Positions 8,199 to 19,481 are shown, counted from the stretch's first letter. The stretch: 64,000 bases of DNA from an uncultured Solirubrobacterales bacterium (GCA_963816975.1 CAWFMD010000006.1:1499208-1563207); one strand, 5' to 3'. Notes: generated from the letters alone by a model not told the origin. Made by a program: numbers and translations.

Positions 8199-9549
8199 CA
8201 GCGACCTCGAGGCGTCGGCCAGGCTGGCCGTCGACGCGGCGCTCGCCGCGGGCAGCGACGAAGCCGACGCGTGGTGCCAGGACTCCGTGGAGCGCACGGT
8301 GCGTGTCTACGGCGGGGCCGTCGAGAGCCTCACCGAGGCCGGTGCGCGCGGCGCGGGGGTGCGCGTGTTCCGCGCCGGGCGCAGTGGATATGCCTACGGC
8401 TCCGACCTCAGCGAGGAGGGTCTGCGCGCCCTCGGCCGCGCGGCGACCGCCGCGGCCGGCGTGACGGAGCCCGACGAGCATGCGGGCATCCCACGCAATT
8501 CGGGCGCGGCGCCGATCGACGGCCTCAGCGCGCCCGGGTTCGGTGACTGGACGATGGAGCGCCGCATCGAGCTGGCCCTGGCGGTGGAGCGCGCCGCGCG
8601 CGCCCGCGATGCGCTCGTCAGCAACGTCGAGGACACCGTCTACTCCGACACCGAGGCGCGCGCCGCGCTCGCAAACTCCAACGGCTTCTGCGACTCCTTC
8701 GAGGAGACCCAGTGCTACGCATTCGCGTACGCCTTCGCAGGCGAAGGCGCCGATCGCATGACCGGCATGGGATTCGCGGTCGGCCGCGGGCCCGACGACC
8801 TCGATCCCGAGCAGGTCGGCCGCGAGGCCGCCGACCGCGCGCTGGCCCTGCACGGCGCGCGTCAGCCCGGGAGCCGCCGCTGCCCGGTGGTGCTGGACCC
8901 GCACGTCGCCGCCAGCTTCGCGTCGATCATCGGCCGCACCCTGTCGGCGGACGCCGTACAGCGTGGCCGCTCCCTGTTCGCCGGGCGCGAGGGCGAGCAG
9001 ATCGCGTCCCCGGCCTTCCGGCTCGTCGACGACGGCCTGCACCCGGAGGGGCTTGCGACGGCGCCGTTCGACGGCGAGGGCGTGGCCCAGCAGACCACGC
9101 CGCTGATCGAGGACGGGGTGCTGCGCACCTACCTGTTCGATGTCTACACGGGCAACAAGGCGAAACGCGCCTCCACCGGCAACGGCGAGCGCGGCTCGTA
9201 CAGGACGCCGCCCGCGGTGGCGCCGTCGAACCTGCGCGTCGCGCCGGGCGATGCCGGCGCCGATGACCTCCTGAGGCAGGCCGGCGACGGCCTCTACGTG
9301 ATGAGCGTGGCGGGACTGCACTCCGGGGTCAACCCCGTGTCCGGGAGCTTCTCCGTGGGCGCCACGGGTCGTCTGATCCGGGGTGGCGAGCTGGCCGAGC
9401 CGGCGCGCGAGATGACGATCGCCTCCGACCTCGTGTCGATGCTCCAAGGGGTCCAAGGCGCCGCGCGGACGGCCCGCTGGGTGCCGTTCGGGGGTAGCGT
9501 CCAGGCTCCCGCTCTGCTCGTCCGCGAGATGACGGTGGGCGGCTCCTAA
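8191..9549 (+). CDS. pmbA: TldE/PmbA subunit
   Basis: PFDGEG, STGN, NPVSGSFS; no HExxH; follows tldD. Confidence 0.9.
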   Translation: MSSSDLEASARLAVDAALAAGSDEADAWCQDSVERTVRVYGGAVESLTEAGARGAGVRVFRAGRSGYAYGSDLSEEGLRALGRAATAAAGVTEPDEHAGIPRNSGAAPIDGLSAPGFGDWTMERRIELALAVERAARARDALVSNVEDTVYSDTEARAALANSNGFCDSFEETQCYAFAYAFAGEGADRMTGMGFAVGRGPDDLDPEQVGREAADRALALHGARQPGSRRCPVVLDPHVAASFASIIGRTLSADAVQRGRSLFAGREGEQIASPAFRLVDDGLHPEGLATAPFDGEGVAQQTTPLIEDGVLRTYLFDVYTGNKAKRASTGNGERGSYRTPPAVAPSNLRVAPGDAGADDLLRQAGDGLYVMSVAGLHSGVNPVSGSFSVGATGRLIRGGELAEPAREMTIASDLVSMLQGVQGAARTARWVPFGGSVQAPALLVREMTVGGS

Positions 9550-9613
9550 GTCGTCAAATCCGTGAGCGCTGCTAGGGTAGCGCCCCGATTTGCCCACCGA
9601 AGAAGGGGGAAGC

Positions 9614-9892
9614 GTGACGAAGCAGGAGTTCATCGACCAGGTCGCGACCCGGACCGGTCTATCGAAGAGGGACGCAACGGAGGCGGTCGAGTCCGTGCTG
9701 GGCACGATCACCGACACCCTCAAGTCCGGAGGCGAGATCAACTTCACCGGCTTCGGCAAGTTCCACGTCGCCGAGCGCGGCGACCGCCAGGGAGTCAACC
9801 CGCGCACGCGGGAGCGAATCACCATCAAGGGTGGGAAGGTGCCGCGCTTCACGGCGGGCTCCGCGCTGAAGACGTCCGTCAAGGGCGGCTAG
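9614..9892 (+). CDS. hup: HU DNA-binding protein
   Basis: GFGKF, GVNPRT, VPRFTAGSALK. Confidence 0.95.
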   Translation: MTKQEFIDQVATRTGLSKRDATEAVESVLGTITDTLKSGGEINFTGFGKFHVAERGDRQGVNPRTRERITIKGGKVPRFTAGSALKTSVKGG

Positions 9893-9938
9893 CCGCCGCG
9901 TCCACAACCGCAGCACGACCATTGCCGGCCACGGGCCG

Positions 9939-10847
9939 GTGAAGTTCGGCGACCGCCTGGCGCACCTCGTCCGTGCGCGGGAGAGCCAGCTGCTGCTGGG
10001 ACTCGACCCGGATCCGGCGGAGCTGCTGCCGGAGGCCCGCGCGGCGGCCACCGGGGACTCTGCGGCGCAGCGCGCGGCGACCGCGGCCGCCGCGCACTGC
10101 CGGGCCCTGATCGACTCGGCCGGCGCCGCCTGCGTCGGCGTGAAGCTGCAGCTGGCGTGCTTCGAGCGGCTCGGGGCGCCCGGATGGGCCGCGCTCGTGG
10201 ACGTGGCCGCACACGCCCAGGCCGCGGGCATGCTGGTGGTCGCGGACGGCAAGCGCGGCGACGTGCCCCACACCGCGGCCGCCTACGCGCAGGCCCTGCT
10301 GGGCTCGACCCCGACTCCCTGGGGCGCCGTCCCGGGGCTGGGCGCGGACGCGATCACGGCGAACCCGCTGCTGGGGCGCGATGCAATGGAGCCAATGGTG
10401 GCGGCGGCCCGTAGCGCGGCGGCAGGTGTGTTCGTGCTGGTGCGTACGTCCAATCCCGGTGCCGCCGAGATCCAGGACGTCGCGCCGGGCGGGGGCTCCC
10501 CGTTACGTGATCGCCTCGCCGGCCTGGTCCACGAGCTGGGCGCGGAAGGGGTCGGCGAGGAGGGACTCTCCGATGTGGGCGCGGTCGTGGCGGCCACTGA
10601 GCCGGCGCTGCTGGCCGCACTGCGCAGGCAGATGCCGCACGCCGTGCTGCTGCTCCCCGGAGTGGGGGCGCAGGGGGGCCGGGTCGAGGACCTCGCCCCC
10701 GCCTTCGCCGGGAGGCCGGCCGCGGCGCTGGTGACCGTCTCACGCTCGATCGCGCGTGCGGCGCTCGACGCGGGTCACGCGGCCGCGGCGCGACCAACCG
10801 CGGAGGCGCTGCGCGCAGCCGCTTGGTCGGTAGCCGGCCGCTCCTGA
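9939..10847 (+). CDS. pyrF: Orotidine-5'-phosphate decarboxylase
   Basis: GLDP, DGKRGDV, RTSNP, PGVGAQGG. Confidence 0.93.
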   Translation: MKFGDRLAHLVRARESQLLLGLDPDPAELLPEARAAATGDSAAQRAATAAAAHCRALIDSAGAACVGVKLQLACFERLGAPGWAALVDVAAHAQAAGMLVVADGKRGDVPHTAAAYAQALLGSTPTPWGAVPGLGADAITANPLLGRDAMEPMVAAARSAAAGVFVLVRTSNPGAAEIQDVAPGGGSPLRDRLAGLVHELGAEGVGEEGLSDVGAVVAATEPALLAALRRQMPHAVLLLPGVGAQGGRVEDLAPAFAGRPAAALVTVSRSIARAALDAGHAAAARPTAEALRAAAWSVAGRS

Positions 10848-10939
10848 CGATCGTCCTGCAACCACGAGGCGCACGTCGCCGTTCGCTGACGGCCGCAGGA
10901 CGTTGGAACGGGGGACGCGCCGGTATCATCGGGCCGGGC

Positions 10940-11377
10940 ATGAGCGCCCACCAGCAAAGTCCCATGAGGCTGCTCGCGCCCGCCGCACTGGCTGTTTTCG
11001 CGATCGCCTTCCTGATCGTCGTGATCGCGTCGCTCGGCGGGGACGGCGACACCTCCACAACGGAGCGTCCGGCGGCCGCGTCCCAGCGCGGGCAGGACTC
11101 GCGCACGGCCCGGCAGCGCCGCCAGGCGCGCAGCGGCGCGCGCGAAAACGGCGGGCCACGCTTCTACACGGTGCGTACCGGGGACAACCTGGCGCTGATC
11201 GCGGGCAAGACCGGCGTGTCGCTGGACGAGCTGCGGTTGCTGAACCCGTCGGTCGACCCGCAGGAGCTCGTCACCGGCCAGCGCGTGCGGCTGCGCGCCA
11301 CCGCCGCCGGGGCCACCGGCGCGACGGGCGCCACCGGCGCCCAGGGTGACACGGGCTCGCGGGGCGGCACGGAGTGA
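10940..11377 (+). CDS. Membrane-anchored LysM protein with a Gly-X-Y tail
   Basis: N-terminal TM; YTVRTGDNL..IA...LRLLNP....LVTGQRVRL LysM domain. Confidence 0.85.
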   Translation: MSAHQQSPMRLLAPAALAVFAIAFLIVVIASLGGDGDTSTTERPAAASQRGQDSRTARQRRQARSGARENGGPRFYTVRTGDNLALIAGKTGVSLDELRLLNPSVDPQELVTGQRVRLRATAAGATGATGATGAQGDTGSRGGTE

Positions 11378-12606
11378 CGCCGCCGCAGCGCCCCGAGCGG
11401 GCGCGAATCGCGTGCACGGCGGTGGCCGTGACGCTCCTGGCGCTCGGATCGCCGGTCGCCACCGCGGGCGCGAAGGGCGCGCCCCAGATCGACGCGCCCG
11501 CCGCGACGATCATCGATGCTCGCGACGGCGAGGTGCTCTACCGGCGTGCGGCGACCGAGCAGCGGCCGATCGCCTCGGTCACGAAGCTGATGACCGCGCT
11601 CGTCGTGATCGACCAGCTGCCGCTGGAGCGCCGCGTGCGCGCGGTGGGCTACGTGCCCGGGCCCGCCGAATCGCGGATCGATCTGCGGGCCGGCGAGCGG
11701 ATGTCGGTCGCGGACCTGCTCCGCGCCCTGTTGCTGGAGTCCGCCAACGACGCGGCCAGCACGCTCGCGGTGCGCGCGTCCGGATCGGTAGACGCGTTCG
11801 TCGCGCGCATGAACGCGCAGGCGCGCGCGATGGGACTCTCCCGCACCCACTTCGCCAACCCGATCGGGCTCGACGACCCCGGGAACCACTCCTCCGCAGT
11901 GGACCTCGCGCGGATCGCCCGCCGGGTCCTGGCGAACGACTTCCTGGCCGGCACCGTGGACATGGCTCGCGCCCGGCTCACCACGGGAGCGCGCACGCGG
12001 ATCGTGGTCAACCGCAACCGCCTGGTGGGCCGCGTGCCGTCGATCGACGGGGTGAAGACCGGTCACACGCAGAGCGCCGGCTACGTGCTCGTGGGAGCGG
12101 CCACGCGCAAGGGTGCGCGTCTGATCAGCGTCGTGCTGGGCGAGCCCTCCGAGGCCGCCCGCGACGCGGATACGCTCGCACTGCTGCGCTACGGCTTCTC
12201 GCTGTACGTCCGCTTGCCCGTGCTGCGGCCCGGCGCGACGGTCGCGCACGCCAAGGTGAAGCACTTCGGGGATCGCGAGGCGGCCCTGGTGCCCGCGCGC
12301 CGCCTGTCGGTCACGGTGCGCAGGGGAGCGCGCGTGCGCACCGTCGTCGAGGCCCCGGGCACCCTGCGCGGGCCGCTGTCCGCAGGCGCACGGGTCGGCA
12401 CGGTACGCGTGTATCGCAACGCCCGGCTGCTGCGATCGATCCCGCTCGTGACGGCAGAGGCGGTGCCGGAGGCCGGCTTCCTGCGCCGGCTCCCGGGGTT
12501 CCTGCTGCCGGTCGCGATGGTGGGCGCGGGGGTCGCGATCTGGCTCGGGCTGCGCAGGCGGCGCGCCGGCAGCGTTGCGATTCACCATCACGCACAGGCG
12601 GATTGA
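11374..12606 (+). CDS. dacA: D-alanyl-D-alanine carboxypeptidase (peptidase S11)
   Basis: SVTK, SAN and KTG motifs; signal peptide and C-terminal TM. Confidence 0.9.
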   Translation: MTPPQRPERARIACTAVAVTLLALGSPVATAGAKGAPQIDAPAATIIDARDGEVLYRRAATEQRPIASVTKLMTALVVIDQLPLERRVRAVGYVPGPAESRIDLRAGERMSVADLLRALLLESANDAASTLAVRASGSVDAFVARMNAQARAMGLSRTHFANPIGLDDPGNHSSAVDLARIARRVLANDFLAGTVDMARARLTTGARTRIVVNRNRLVGRVPSIDGVKTGHTQSAGYVLVGAATRKGARLISVVLGEPSEAARDADTLALLRYGFSLYVRLPVLRPGATVAHAKVKHFGDREAALVPARRLSVTVRRGARVRTVVEAPGTLRGPLSAGARVGTVRVYRNARLLRSIPLVTAEAVPEAGFLRRLPGFLLPVAMVGAGVAIWLGLRRRRAGSVAIHHHAQAD

Positions 12607-12683
12607 GCGTCCCCGGCGCCCCGGCGAGCATCGTCTTGCCGCGCGTGCTTGTATAGATAGGGCTTCGGGAGGGGAGCGCTTGC

Positions 12684-13649
12684 ATGATCATCACAGTCAC
12701 GCTCAACGCGGCAATCGACAAGACGCTGGCCGTGCCCAACTTCCAGATCGGGCGGCGCCACCGTTCCAGCGAGCAGCGCACGATGGCGGGCGGCAAGGGC
12801 GTCAACGTCGCGCGCGCGCTCAAGACACTCGGGCAGCCGGTGATCGCGACAGGCTTCGCAGGTGGCGCGACCGGCACTCGCATCATCGAGCAGCTCACGG
12901 CCGAGGCGATCCTGTGCGACTTCGTGCGCATCGGGGAGGAGTCGCGCACCTCGACCGCCGTGATCGATCCGACATCCGGGGTGCAGACCGAGGTCAACGA
13001 GATCGGCCCGGCGGTGACGGAGAGCGAGGTGTCGCTCTTCTGCGACAAGCTCACCTACCTCGCCAAGGGCGCGGACATCTGCGTGTTCGCCGGCTCCCTG
13101 CCACGTGGCATCGACGGCAAGATCTACGCGGATTTGATCACGCAGCTCAAGCGCCTCGACGTGATCACGGTGATCGATGCCGAGGGCGCGCCGATGGAGC
13201 AGGCGCTGCGCTCCGTTCCCGACCTGGTCTCTCCGAACTCAGGCGAGGCCGAGCAGCTCGTGGGGCACGAGTTCCGCGACGACCCCGACCACGTCTTCGC
13301 CCTCTACGAGCTCTGTGAGCGCGGTCCGCGCGAGGCGATCATCACCCACGCCGAGGGGTGCTACGCGCTGGTCGGGCGCGATCACGAGCGCTCCCTGTGC
13401 GAGCTGCGCATCGACCCGCTGGAGCCGGCTTCGGCGATCGGGGCGGGGGATTCATTTCTGGCCGGCTACCTCGCCGCCCGCTACATGCGCCGGCCGCATC
13501 GGGACGCGCTGAGGTTCGCGGTCGCGTGCGGGGCCGAGTCGACCCTGCATCTCGGCGCCGGGGTGCTCGACCCGCGCGCCGCGGAGCGGCTCGAGCAAGA
13601 GGTCGTGCTGACCGAGCTCGAAAAGCCGCGCGTCGACGCGACCGCCTGA
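12684..13649 (+). CDS. 1-phosphofructokinase family (PfkB) sugar kinase
   Basis: TVTLNAAID, GGKGVNVA, IGAGDSF. Confidence 0.9.
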   Translation: MIITVTLNAAIDKTLAVPNFQIGRRHRSSEQRTMAGGKGVNVARALKTLGQPVIATGFAGGATGTRIIEQLTAEAILCDFVRIGEESRTSTAVIDPTSGVQTEVNEIGPAVTESEVSLFCDKLTYLAKGADICVFAGSLPRGIDGKIYADLITQLKRLDVITVIDAEGAPMEQALRSVPDLVSPNSGEAEQLVGHEFRDDPDHVFALYELCERGPREAIITHAEGCYALVGRDHERSLCELRIDPLEPASAIGAGDSFLAGYLAARYMRRPHRDALRFAVACGAESTLHLGAGVLDPRAAERLEQEVVLTELEKPRVDATA

Positions 13650-13803
13650 GATACAGCGACGGCTTCGTCGCCACGCGCGTTCCCGCACCTTCCGGAAAAG
13701 GTCGGGGAACTCCGAGAAACCGCTGGTACCATCGGATGTCCGTTGTCGCCCGCCGCCGACAGCCGCGCACTTCCTCGTCATCCCGCATCCCTAGGATTGC
13801 GCG

Positions 13804-15009
13804 ATGGAGATTGAGATCGGCAAGGGCAAGAAGGGCCGCCGGGGCTACGGCTTCGACGACATCGCGATCGTCCCGTCCCGGCGCACGCGCGACCCCGACG
13901 ACGTAGACATCTCCTGGACCCTCGGGCCGTACCGCTTCGAGCTGCCGATGCTGGCGGCCGCGATGGACGGCGTCGTCTCACCCCGCATCGCGGGGCTCGT
14001 GGGCAAGGCCGGCGGGCTCGGTGTCCTCAACCTGGAGGGCATCTGGACGCGATACGAGGACGCGGACGAGCAGCTCGAGCGCATCTCCAAGCTGCCGCCC
14101 GAGCAGGCCACCCGCGAGATGCAGCGGATCTACGCCGAGCCCGTGAAGGCCGAGCTCGTCGCCCAGCGAATCCGCGAGATCAAGGCCGAGGGAGTGGTCG
14201 CGTCCGGGTCGCTCACGCCTCAGCGCGTCCGCGACTTCTGCGACGTGGCGCTGGATGCCGGGCTGGACCTCCTGGTGGTCCAGGGGACTGTGATCTCCGC
14301 CGAGCACGTCTCCTCCTCGGTGGAGCCGCTCAACCTCAAGGAGTTCATCGCCGAGTTGCCGGTTCCATGCATCGTGGGTGGCTGTGCCAGCTACTCGACG
14401 GGTCTGCACCTGATGCGGACCGGCGCCGTGGGAGTCCTCGTCGGCGTCGGACCGGGGGCGGCGTGCACGACGCGGGGCGTCCTCGGCATCGGCGTGCCGC
14501 AGGCCACGGCCATCGCGGATGTGCAGGCGGCACGCTCCCAGCACATGCTCGAGACCGGCACCTATGTGAACGTGATCGCCGACGGCGGGATGCGCAACGG
14601 CGGTGACATCTCCAAGGCATTCGCGTGTGGCGCGGACGCGGTCATGATCGGCTCTCCGCTTGCAAGGGCCAAGGAAGCGCCCGGCCGTGGGTTCCACTGG
14701 GGGATGGCGACCTTCCACTCGTCACTGCCGCGCGGCGCCCGCGTCGCGACCCGGCAGAATGCGACCCTCCAGGAGATCCTGCTCGGTCCCGCGATGGAGA
14801 ACGACGGGAGCTTCAACCTGTTCGGCGCGCTGCGCACTTCGATGGCGACTTGCGGCTACGCGGACGTGCCGTCCTTCCACCGCGCGGAAGTGATGATCGC
14901 GCCGTCGCTCCAGACCGAAGGCAAGCAGCTGCAGCGCGAGCAGCACATCGGCATGGGGTCGAACGGCAAGAGCCAGGCGTCGGCGGCGGTTTCCACGCTG
15001 GATGACTAG
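13804..15009 (+). CDS. guaB3: GuaB3-family IMP dehydrogenase-related protein
   Basis: [34 protein letters not shown]; upstream of guaA. Confidence 0.9.
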   Translation: MEIEIGKGKKGRRGYGFDDIAIVPSRRTRDPDDVDISWTLGPYRFELPMLAAAMDGVVSPRIAGLVGKAGGLGVLNLEGIWTRYEDADEQLERISKLPPEQATREMQRIYAEPVKAELVAQRIREIKAEGVVASGSLTPQRVRDFCDVALDAGLDLLVVQGTVISAEHVSSSVEPLNLKEFIAELPVPCIVGGCASYSTGLHLMRTGAVGVLVGVGPGAACTTRGVLGIGVPQATAIADVQAARSQHMLETGTYVNVIADGGMRNGGDISKAFACGADAVMIGSPLARAKEAPGRGFHWGMATFHSSLPRGARVATRQNATLQEILLGPAMENDGSFNLFGALRTSMATCGYADVPSFHRAEVMIAPSLQTEGKQLQREQHIGMGSNGKSQASAAVSTLDD

Positions 15010-16603
15010 CCCCGTGGCCGGCACAGCGGGCCAGGGCGTCGAAGCCTCGGCACGGCCGGCCGCCACCGAGGAGGTTCTGGTCCTCGACTTCGGGGGGCAG
15101 TACTCCCAGCTGATCGCACGGCGCATCCGAGAGTGCGGGGTCTTCTCGGAGCTGCTGCCCCACGACGCGCCCTTGGCGGAGCTGCAGGCGCGCCGCCCGC
15201 GCGGCCTGGTGCTGTCCGGGGGCCCGTCGTCGGTGTACTCCGAGGACGCACCGCCGCTGCGACGCGAGCTGCTCGAGCTCGGGATCCCGGTGCTCGGCAT
15301 CTGTTACGGCATGCAGGCGATGGCGCTGGCGCTGGGGGGCCGGGTCGAGGGGGCCGCGGTGGCGGAGTTCGGCCGCACCGACCTGCACGTGGGCGAGCAG
15401 GGCCGGCTGCTGGCGGGCCTTCCGGACGAGCAGAGCTGCTGGATGAGCCACCGCGACACGGTCTTCGCTGCGCCCGCCGGGTTCACCGCGCTGGCATCGT
15501 CGCCGGCGTCGCCGGTCGCGGCGTTCGAGTCGGTTGACCGCGGTCTGTACGGCATCCAGTTCCACCCCGAGGTGGTGCACACGCCACACGGCACGCAGGT
15601 GCTGCGCACCTTCCTGCGGGACCTGTGCGGCTGCGAGCAGCAGTGGACGCCGGCCTCCGTCGTCGATGAGCAGATCGCGCTGATCCGGGAGCAGGTCGGC
15701 GCCGGCCGGGCGATCTGCGGCCTGTCCGGGGGCGTCGACTCCTCCGTCGCTGCGCTGATCGTCCACCGCGCGCTCGGCGACCGGCTGGTGTGCGTGCTGG
15801 TCGACCACGGCCTGCTGCGCAAGGACGAGGCCCAGCAGGTCGTGCGGACCTTCGGGGAGCACTTCGACGTGCCCCTGGTGCACGTCGATGCGCGCGACCG
15901 TTTCCTGGCGCGGCTCGCCGGCGTGACCGACCCGGAGCAAAAGCGGCGCATCATCGGCGACGAGTTCATCCGCGTGTTCGAGGAGGAGGCCGCGAAGCTC
16001 GACGATGTCGGGTATCTCGTGCAGGGCACGCTCTACTCGGACGTGATCGAGTCCGGCGGGGGTGCGAGCGGCGACGCCGCGATGATCAAGTCCCACCACA
16101 ACGTCGGCGGCCTGCCCGAGCACTTCGACTTCGATCTGATCGAGCCGCTGCGCCGGCTGTTCAAGGACGAGGTGCGGGTCGTGGGCGCGGAGCTCGGCCT
16201 CCCCGACCGGCTGGTCTGGCGCCAGCCCTTCCCCGGTCCCGGCCTCGCGATCCGGGTGATCGGCGGCGAGGTCACGCGCGAGCGCCTGGACATCCTGCGG
16301 GAGGCCGACGCGATCCTGCAGGAGGAGATCCGCGCGGCCGGCCTCTACCGCGAGCTTTGGCAGTCGTTCACCGTGCTGCCCGCGGTCCGTTCGGTCGGCG
16401 TGCAGGGCGACGAGCGCACCTACGCGTACCCGATCGTGATCCGAGCGGTGACGTCGGACGACGCGATGACCGCCGACTGGGCGCGGCTGCCCTACGACCT
16501 GCTCGAGCGGGTGTCGAGCCGCATCATCAACGAGATCCCGCACGTGAACCGCGTGGCGCTGGACATTTCGTCGAAGCCGCCCAGCACGATCGAGTGGGAA
16601 TAG
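15002..16603 (+). CDS. guaA: GMP synthase
   Basis: [34 protein letters not shown]. Confidence 0.97.
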   Translation: MTSPVAGTAGQGVEASARPAATEEVLVLDFGGQYSQLIARRIRECGVFSELLPHDAPLAELQARRPRGLVLSGGPSSVYSEDAPPLRRELLELGIPVLGICYGMQAMALALGGRVEGAAVAEFGRTDLHVGEQGRLLAGLPDEQSCWMSHRDTVFAAPAGFTALASSPASPVAAFESVDRGLYGIQFHPEVVHTPHGTQVLRTFLRDLCGCEQQWTPASVVDEQIALIREQVGAGRAICGLSGGVDSSVAALIVHRALGDRLVCVLVDHGLLRKDEAQQVVRTFGEHFDVPLVHVDARDRFLARLAGVTDPEQKRRIIGDEFIRVFEEEAAKLDDVGYLVQGTLYSDVIESGGGASGDAAMIKSHHNVGGLPEHFDFDLIEPLRRLFKDEVRVVGAELGLPDRLVWRQPFPGPGLAIRVIGGEVTRERLDILREADAILQEEIRAAGLYRELWQSFTVLPAVRSVGVQGDERTYAYPIVIRAVTSDDAMTADWARLPYDLLERVSSRIINEIPHVNRVALDISSKPPSTIEWE

Positions 16604-16643
16604 CCGACAGCGGACGGGCGTCCGCCTGCCGCGGCGGGCTCGG

Positions 16644-17936
16644 CTAGCTCGCCCGGTCCCAGCGGCGCAGGTCCGGCAGGGGGTCCACCGGGTGCCCACC
16701 GTCGTACCAGCCGGGGGCGGTCCACTCCTCGAAATGCAGGTGGCAGCCGCGCGCGTTGCCGGACTCGCCCACCGCGCCGATCTCCTGGCCCGTGTAGACG
16801 CGGTCTCCGACCTGCACTCCGGCCTTCTCGCGCAGGTGCATGTATGCGTAGTCGGAGCCGGTGCCCTTTCCGTCGATCACCACGTAGTAGCCGGCGGCGG
16901 AATGGAAGCCGGCGAACTTGACCTTGCCGCCGCGAGCGGCGGCCAGCGGCGTGCCGCAGGCGGCGAACACGTCCTGGCCCTGGTGCGAGTGCCCCGACCG
17001 GCCCGACCCGAAGCCCGAGCCGCCGCTGCCGAAGTCATGCCTGCCGCGGATCGGGAACATGTGGTCGAAGACGGTCACCGACTCGGCCGGCTCACTCGCC
17101 GAGCGCACGCCGGCGGCCGTTGCCCCGCGCGTCGAGAGCACGAACGCGTACCTGCCCTTGCGTGGCACGCGCCCTCTCACCGAACCCGTCCAGCGCACGC
17201 GGTGCAGCGCCCCCGGCGCGATCGCCGGGCGCTCCCAGGCGCGGATCACGCTGTCGTCAGTGACGCGCACGAGGTTGACCTGGAGGTCCATCGGCTGCGG
17301 CCCGAGCGCGCGGTACGTGAAAACGGCGCGCTGTGGGCCGCCGTAGAAGAGCTTGCGCGGCTCAGACAGCGCGGCCTGCACCGGCTGCGGCGCGCCCGCC
17401 GGGCGGAAGGTGCCGAGCGCCGGTTGCAGCCCCTCGACCATGAACCCGGCCCATCGCCGGGAGCGCCTGCCGGCGAGGTCGATCACCGTGACGGGACCGC
17501 TGCGGGCGCCCGCCGGAACGGATGTGAGCACGCGCCGCGCGCTCAGGGAGGACGCGGGTGCGCTGACGTCGTCCCGCGGTCCGCGCTCGCCGTAGAACAC
17601 GACCAACGCCGCTGCGCCGAGGTTGCGACCGCTGACGCGGATGCTCGCCCCGGAGGCGGCGCGGTGGCTGTCCACGCACGGGCCTTCGGGATTCGAGACG
17701 CAGCGGACGTCGAGCACCACGGGGCCGGTGCCCCCCGCCGGCGCGCCCGCCGGCGGGGGAGCGGGGGCGACACCGGCGCCGCCGCTGTCCGCGCGGGCGG
17801 GTGCGCCGCCGATCCCGAGGAGCACGGCGCATGCGCAAGCGAGCCCCACGCGCACCGCGCGCAGGTCCCGCTGGAGTGCGGCTCGGCTGCGGGACCGCGT
17901 CCCGCGCAAAGCCGTTTCTGTCGACGGCGACCGCAA
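16644..17936 (-). CDS. Secreted M23 peptidoglycan endopeptidase with Ig-like N-terminal domains
   Basis: HQGQD, YAYMHL, HLHFE motifs; signal-like hydrophobic stretch. Confidence 0.9.
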   Translation of the reverse strand: MRSPSTETALRGTRSRSRAALQRDLRAVRVGLACACAVLLGIGGAPARADSGGAGVAPAPPPAGAPAGGTGPVVLDVRCVSNPEGPCVDSHRAASGASIRVSGRNLGAAALVVFYGERGPRDDVSAPASSLSARRVLTSVPAGARSGPVTVIDLAGRRSRRWAGFMVEGLQPALGTFRPAGAPQPVQAALSEPRKLFYGGPQRAVFTYRALGPQPMDLQVNLVRVTDDSVIRAWERPAIAPGALHRVRWTGSVRGRVPRKGRYAFVLSTRGATAAGVRSASEPAESVTVFDHMFPIRGRHDFGSGGSGFGSGRSGHSHQGQDVFAACGTPLAAARGGKVKFAGFHSAAGYYVVIDGKGTGSDYAYMHLREKAGVQVGDRVYTGQEIGAVGESGNARGCHLHFEEWTAPGWYDGGHPVDPLPDLRRWDRAS

Positions 17937-17953
17937 ACAAGCCTCTCTTTCGA

Positions 17954-18120
17954 CGGCCTACGGAGTTAGCTGACGGGCTCGCGCTGAAAGAGCAGCGCTA
18001 CGGTCTCGGTCGCGTCCTCCGACGCGTTCCCGGCCGATTCGCCCCGTGGGCGGAAACATTCCGCCCGAGCGGTTCCCCCGTTTCCGACCCGTTGCTGCCC
18101 GGGCACGGAACTCGGCTGGC
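17954..18120 (-). promoter_or_regulatory. c-di-AMP (ydaO-yuaA) riboswitch
   Basis: Minus strand GCCGAGTTCC...GGAAACGGGGGAACC...GGGGCGAATC...GAGCCCGTCAGCTAACTCCGTAGGC, upstream of a cell-wall hydrolase; TATACT at 18142-18137. Confidence 0.93.
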
Positions 18121-18355
18121 CTGGTTGAAGGGCGGCAGTATAGACACGGCACCGGATCCGGACGGTGCCCGCCGCACCTCTTCTGCGAGCTTGAGACAGG
18201 CGTTACAAGGTCCTCGACCACCTCCACGGAGGCGTTTCGGCGGCCATGCGAGACTTCCCTCCGGCCTCCGGGTCTCCTGCCCCGGCCCTGAGCGCCGCGC
18301 CCAAGCGGCTATCATTCGCCGGTCGTCGCGGGCCGCGGCGGCTCTGGTTCTGCCT

Positions 18356-18793
18356 GTGAAGACCTTCGTGGCGACACCCTCGACCCGCCAGCGCGACTGG
18401 GTGCTCGTCGACGCCAACGGCAAGACGCTCGGCCGGCTCGCGACTCAGGTCGCCGACATGCTCCGCGGCAAGCGCAAGCCGGAATACACCCCGCACGTGG
18501 ACACCGGCGACTTCGTGGTCGTCGTGAACGCCGAGAAAGTGCACGTCACCGGGGACAAGCGCTCCGCGAAGATGTATCGCCACCATTCCGGCTATCCCGG
18601 GGGTCTGCGCTCGCGCACGCTGGAGCAGATGCTCCAGCGCCGCCCCGAGGAGGTCATCCGCATCGCCGTGAAGGGGATGCTGCCGCGCAATCGGCTGGCC
18701 CGCCAGCAGCTGCGCAAGCTGAAGGTGTATGCGGGGCCCGAGCACCCGCACGAGGCACAGCAGCCCAAGCCCGTCGAGATGGAGAAAGTGTGA
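18356..18793 (+). CDS. rplM: 50S ribosomal protein L13
   Basis: [26 protein letters not shown]. Confidence 0.98.
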   Translation: MKTFVATPSTRQRDWVLVDANGKTLGRLATQVADMLRGKRKPEYTPHVDTGDFVVVVNAEKVHVTGDKRSAKMYRHHSGYPGGLRSRTLEQMLQRRPEEVIRIAVKGMLPRNRLARQQLRKLKVYAGPEHPHEAQQPKPVEMEKV

Positions 18794-19473
18794 TCGAAAG
18801 CGAACAGCCCGACCAGGTCGAGCAGACGCCGCCGGCTGCGGAATCAGCTCCGCCCGAGCCCGAGCCCGAGCCCGCCGCAGCGCCAGAGCCCGCCGCAGCG
18901 CCAGAGCAGGCCGCAGCTCCCGAGCCGGCTGCAGCTCCCGATCCGGCTGCGGAGACCCCGACCGAGCCGGAGACCCCGGCCGAGCCGGAAGCGGAGGTGC
19001 CGGCCGAGCCCGCGGCGCCGGTCACGGCGAACGGCAGCGAGCCGGTCGCCGAGGAACAGCCCCGCACGCTCGACGAGCTTGCCGCCGGAGCGCGGTACCA
19101 CGCGACCGGCAAGCGCAAGAGCTCCGTGGCGCGCGTGATCATCCAGCCGGGATCCGGCCAGTTCAACCTCAACGGCCGCGCGCTCGAGGTCTATTTTCCC
19201 CGCCGCACGCACCAGGCGGTCGTGCGCCAGCCGCTCGATGTCGCCGGCTACGGCGATCGGATCGACGTGCGCGCGCGGATCCACGGCGGCGGCATCTCCG
19301 GCCAGGCGGACGCCGTCCGCCACGGGATCGCGAAGGCGCTGATCGATGCGGACCCAGCCCTGCGCCCGGAGCTCAAGCGCCGACAACTCCTGACGCGCGA
19401 CCCGCGCGAGAAGGAGCGCCGCAAGGCAGGTCTCAAGAAGGCGCGTAAGCGGCCGCAGTTCTCCAAGCGCTAG
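18790..19473 (+). CDS. rpsI: 30S ribosomal protein S9 with a long acidic N-terminal extension
   Basis: [25 protein letters not shown]. Confidence 0.97.
   Translation: MIESEQPDQVEQTPPAAESAPPEPEPEPAAAPEPAAAPEQAAAPEPAAAPDPAAETPTEPETPAEPEAEVPAEPAAPVTANGSEPVAEEQPRTLDELAAGARYHATGKRKSSVARVIIQPGSGQFNLNGRALEVYFPRRTHQAVVRQPLDVAGYGDRIDVRARIHGGGISGQADAVRHGIAKALIDADPALRPELKRRQLLTRDPREKERRKAGLKKARKRPQFSKR
18856..18957 (+). repeat. In-frame tandem repeats (6-bp GAGCCC x3, then ~5 x 18-bp EPAAAP units)
   Basis: GAGCCCGCCGCAGCGCCA occurs twice exactly, followed by three degenerate copies. Confidence 0.85.
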
Positions 19474-19481
19474 CCGCGCCA

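Noticed and set aside
7888-9882. Long antisense/alternate-frame ORFs (also 14813-16699, 40204-41973, 56517-58517 and many others)
   Set aside because: Shadow ORFs expected in very high-GC DNA; they overlap well-supported genes and are Arg/Ala/Pro-rich without motifs.
13724-13906. Possible upstream ORF (ATG 13735) overlapping guaB3 after a TGGTACCAT -10
   Set aside because: No peptide features or attenuator structure; guaB3 has its own leaderless-type -10.
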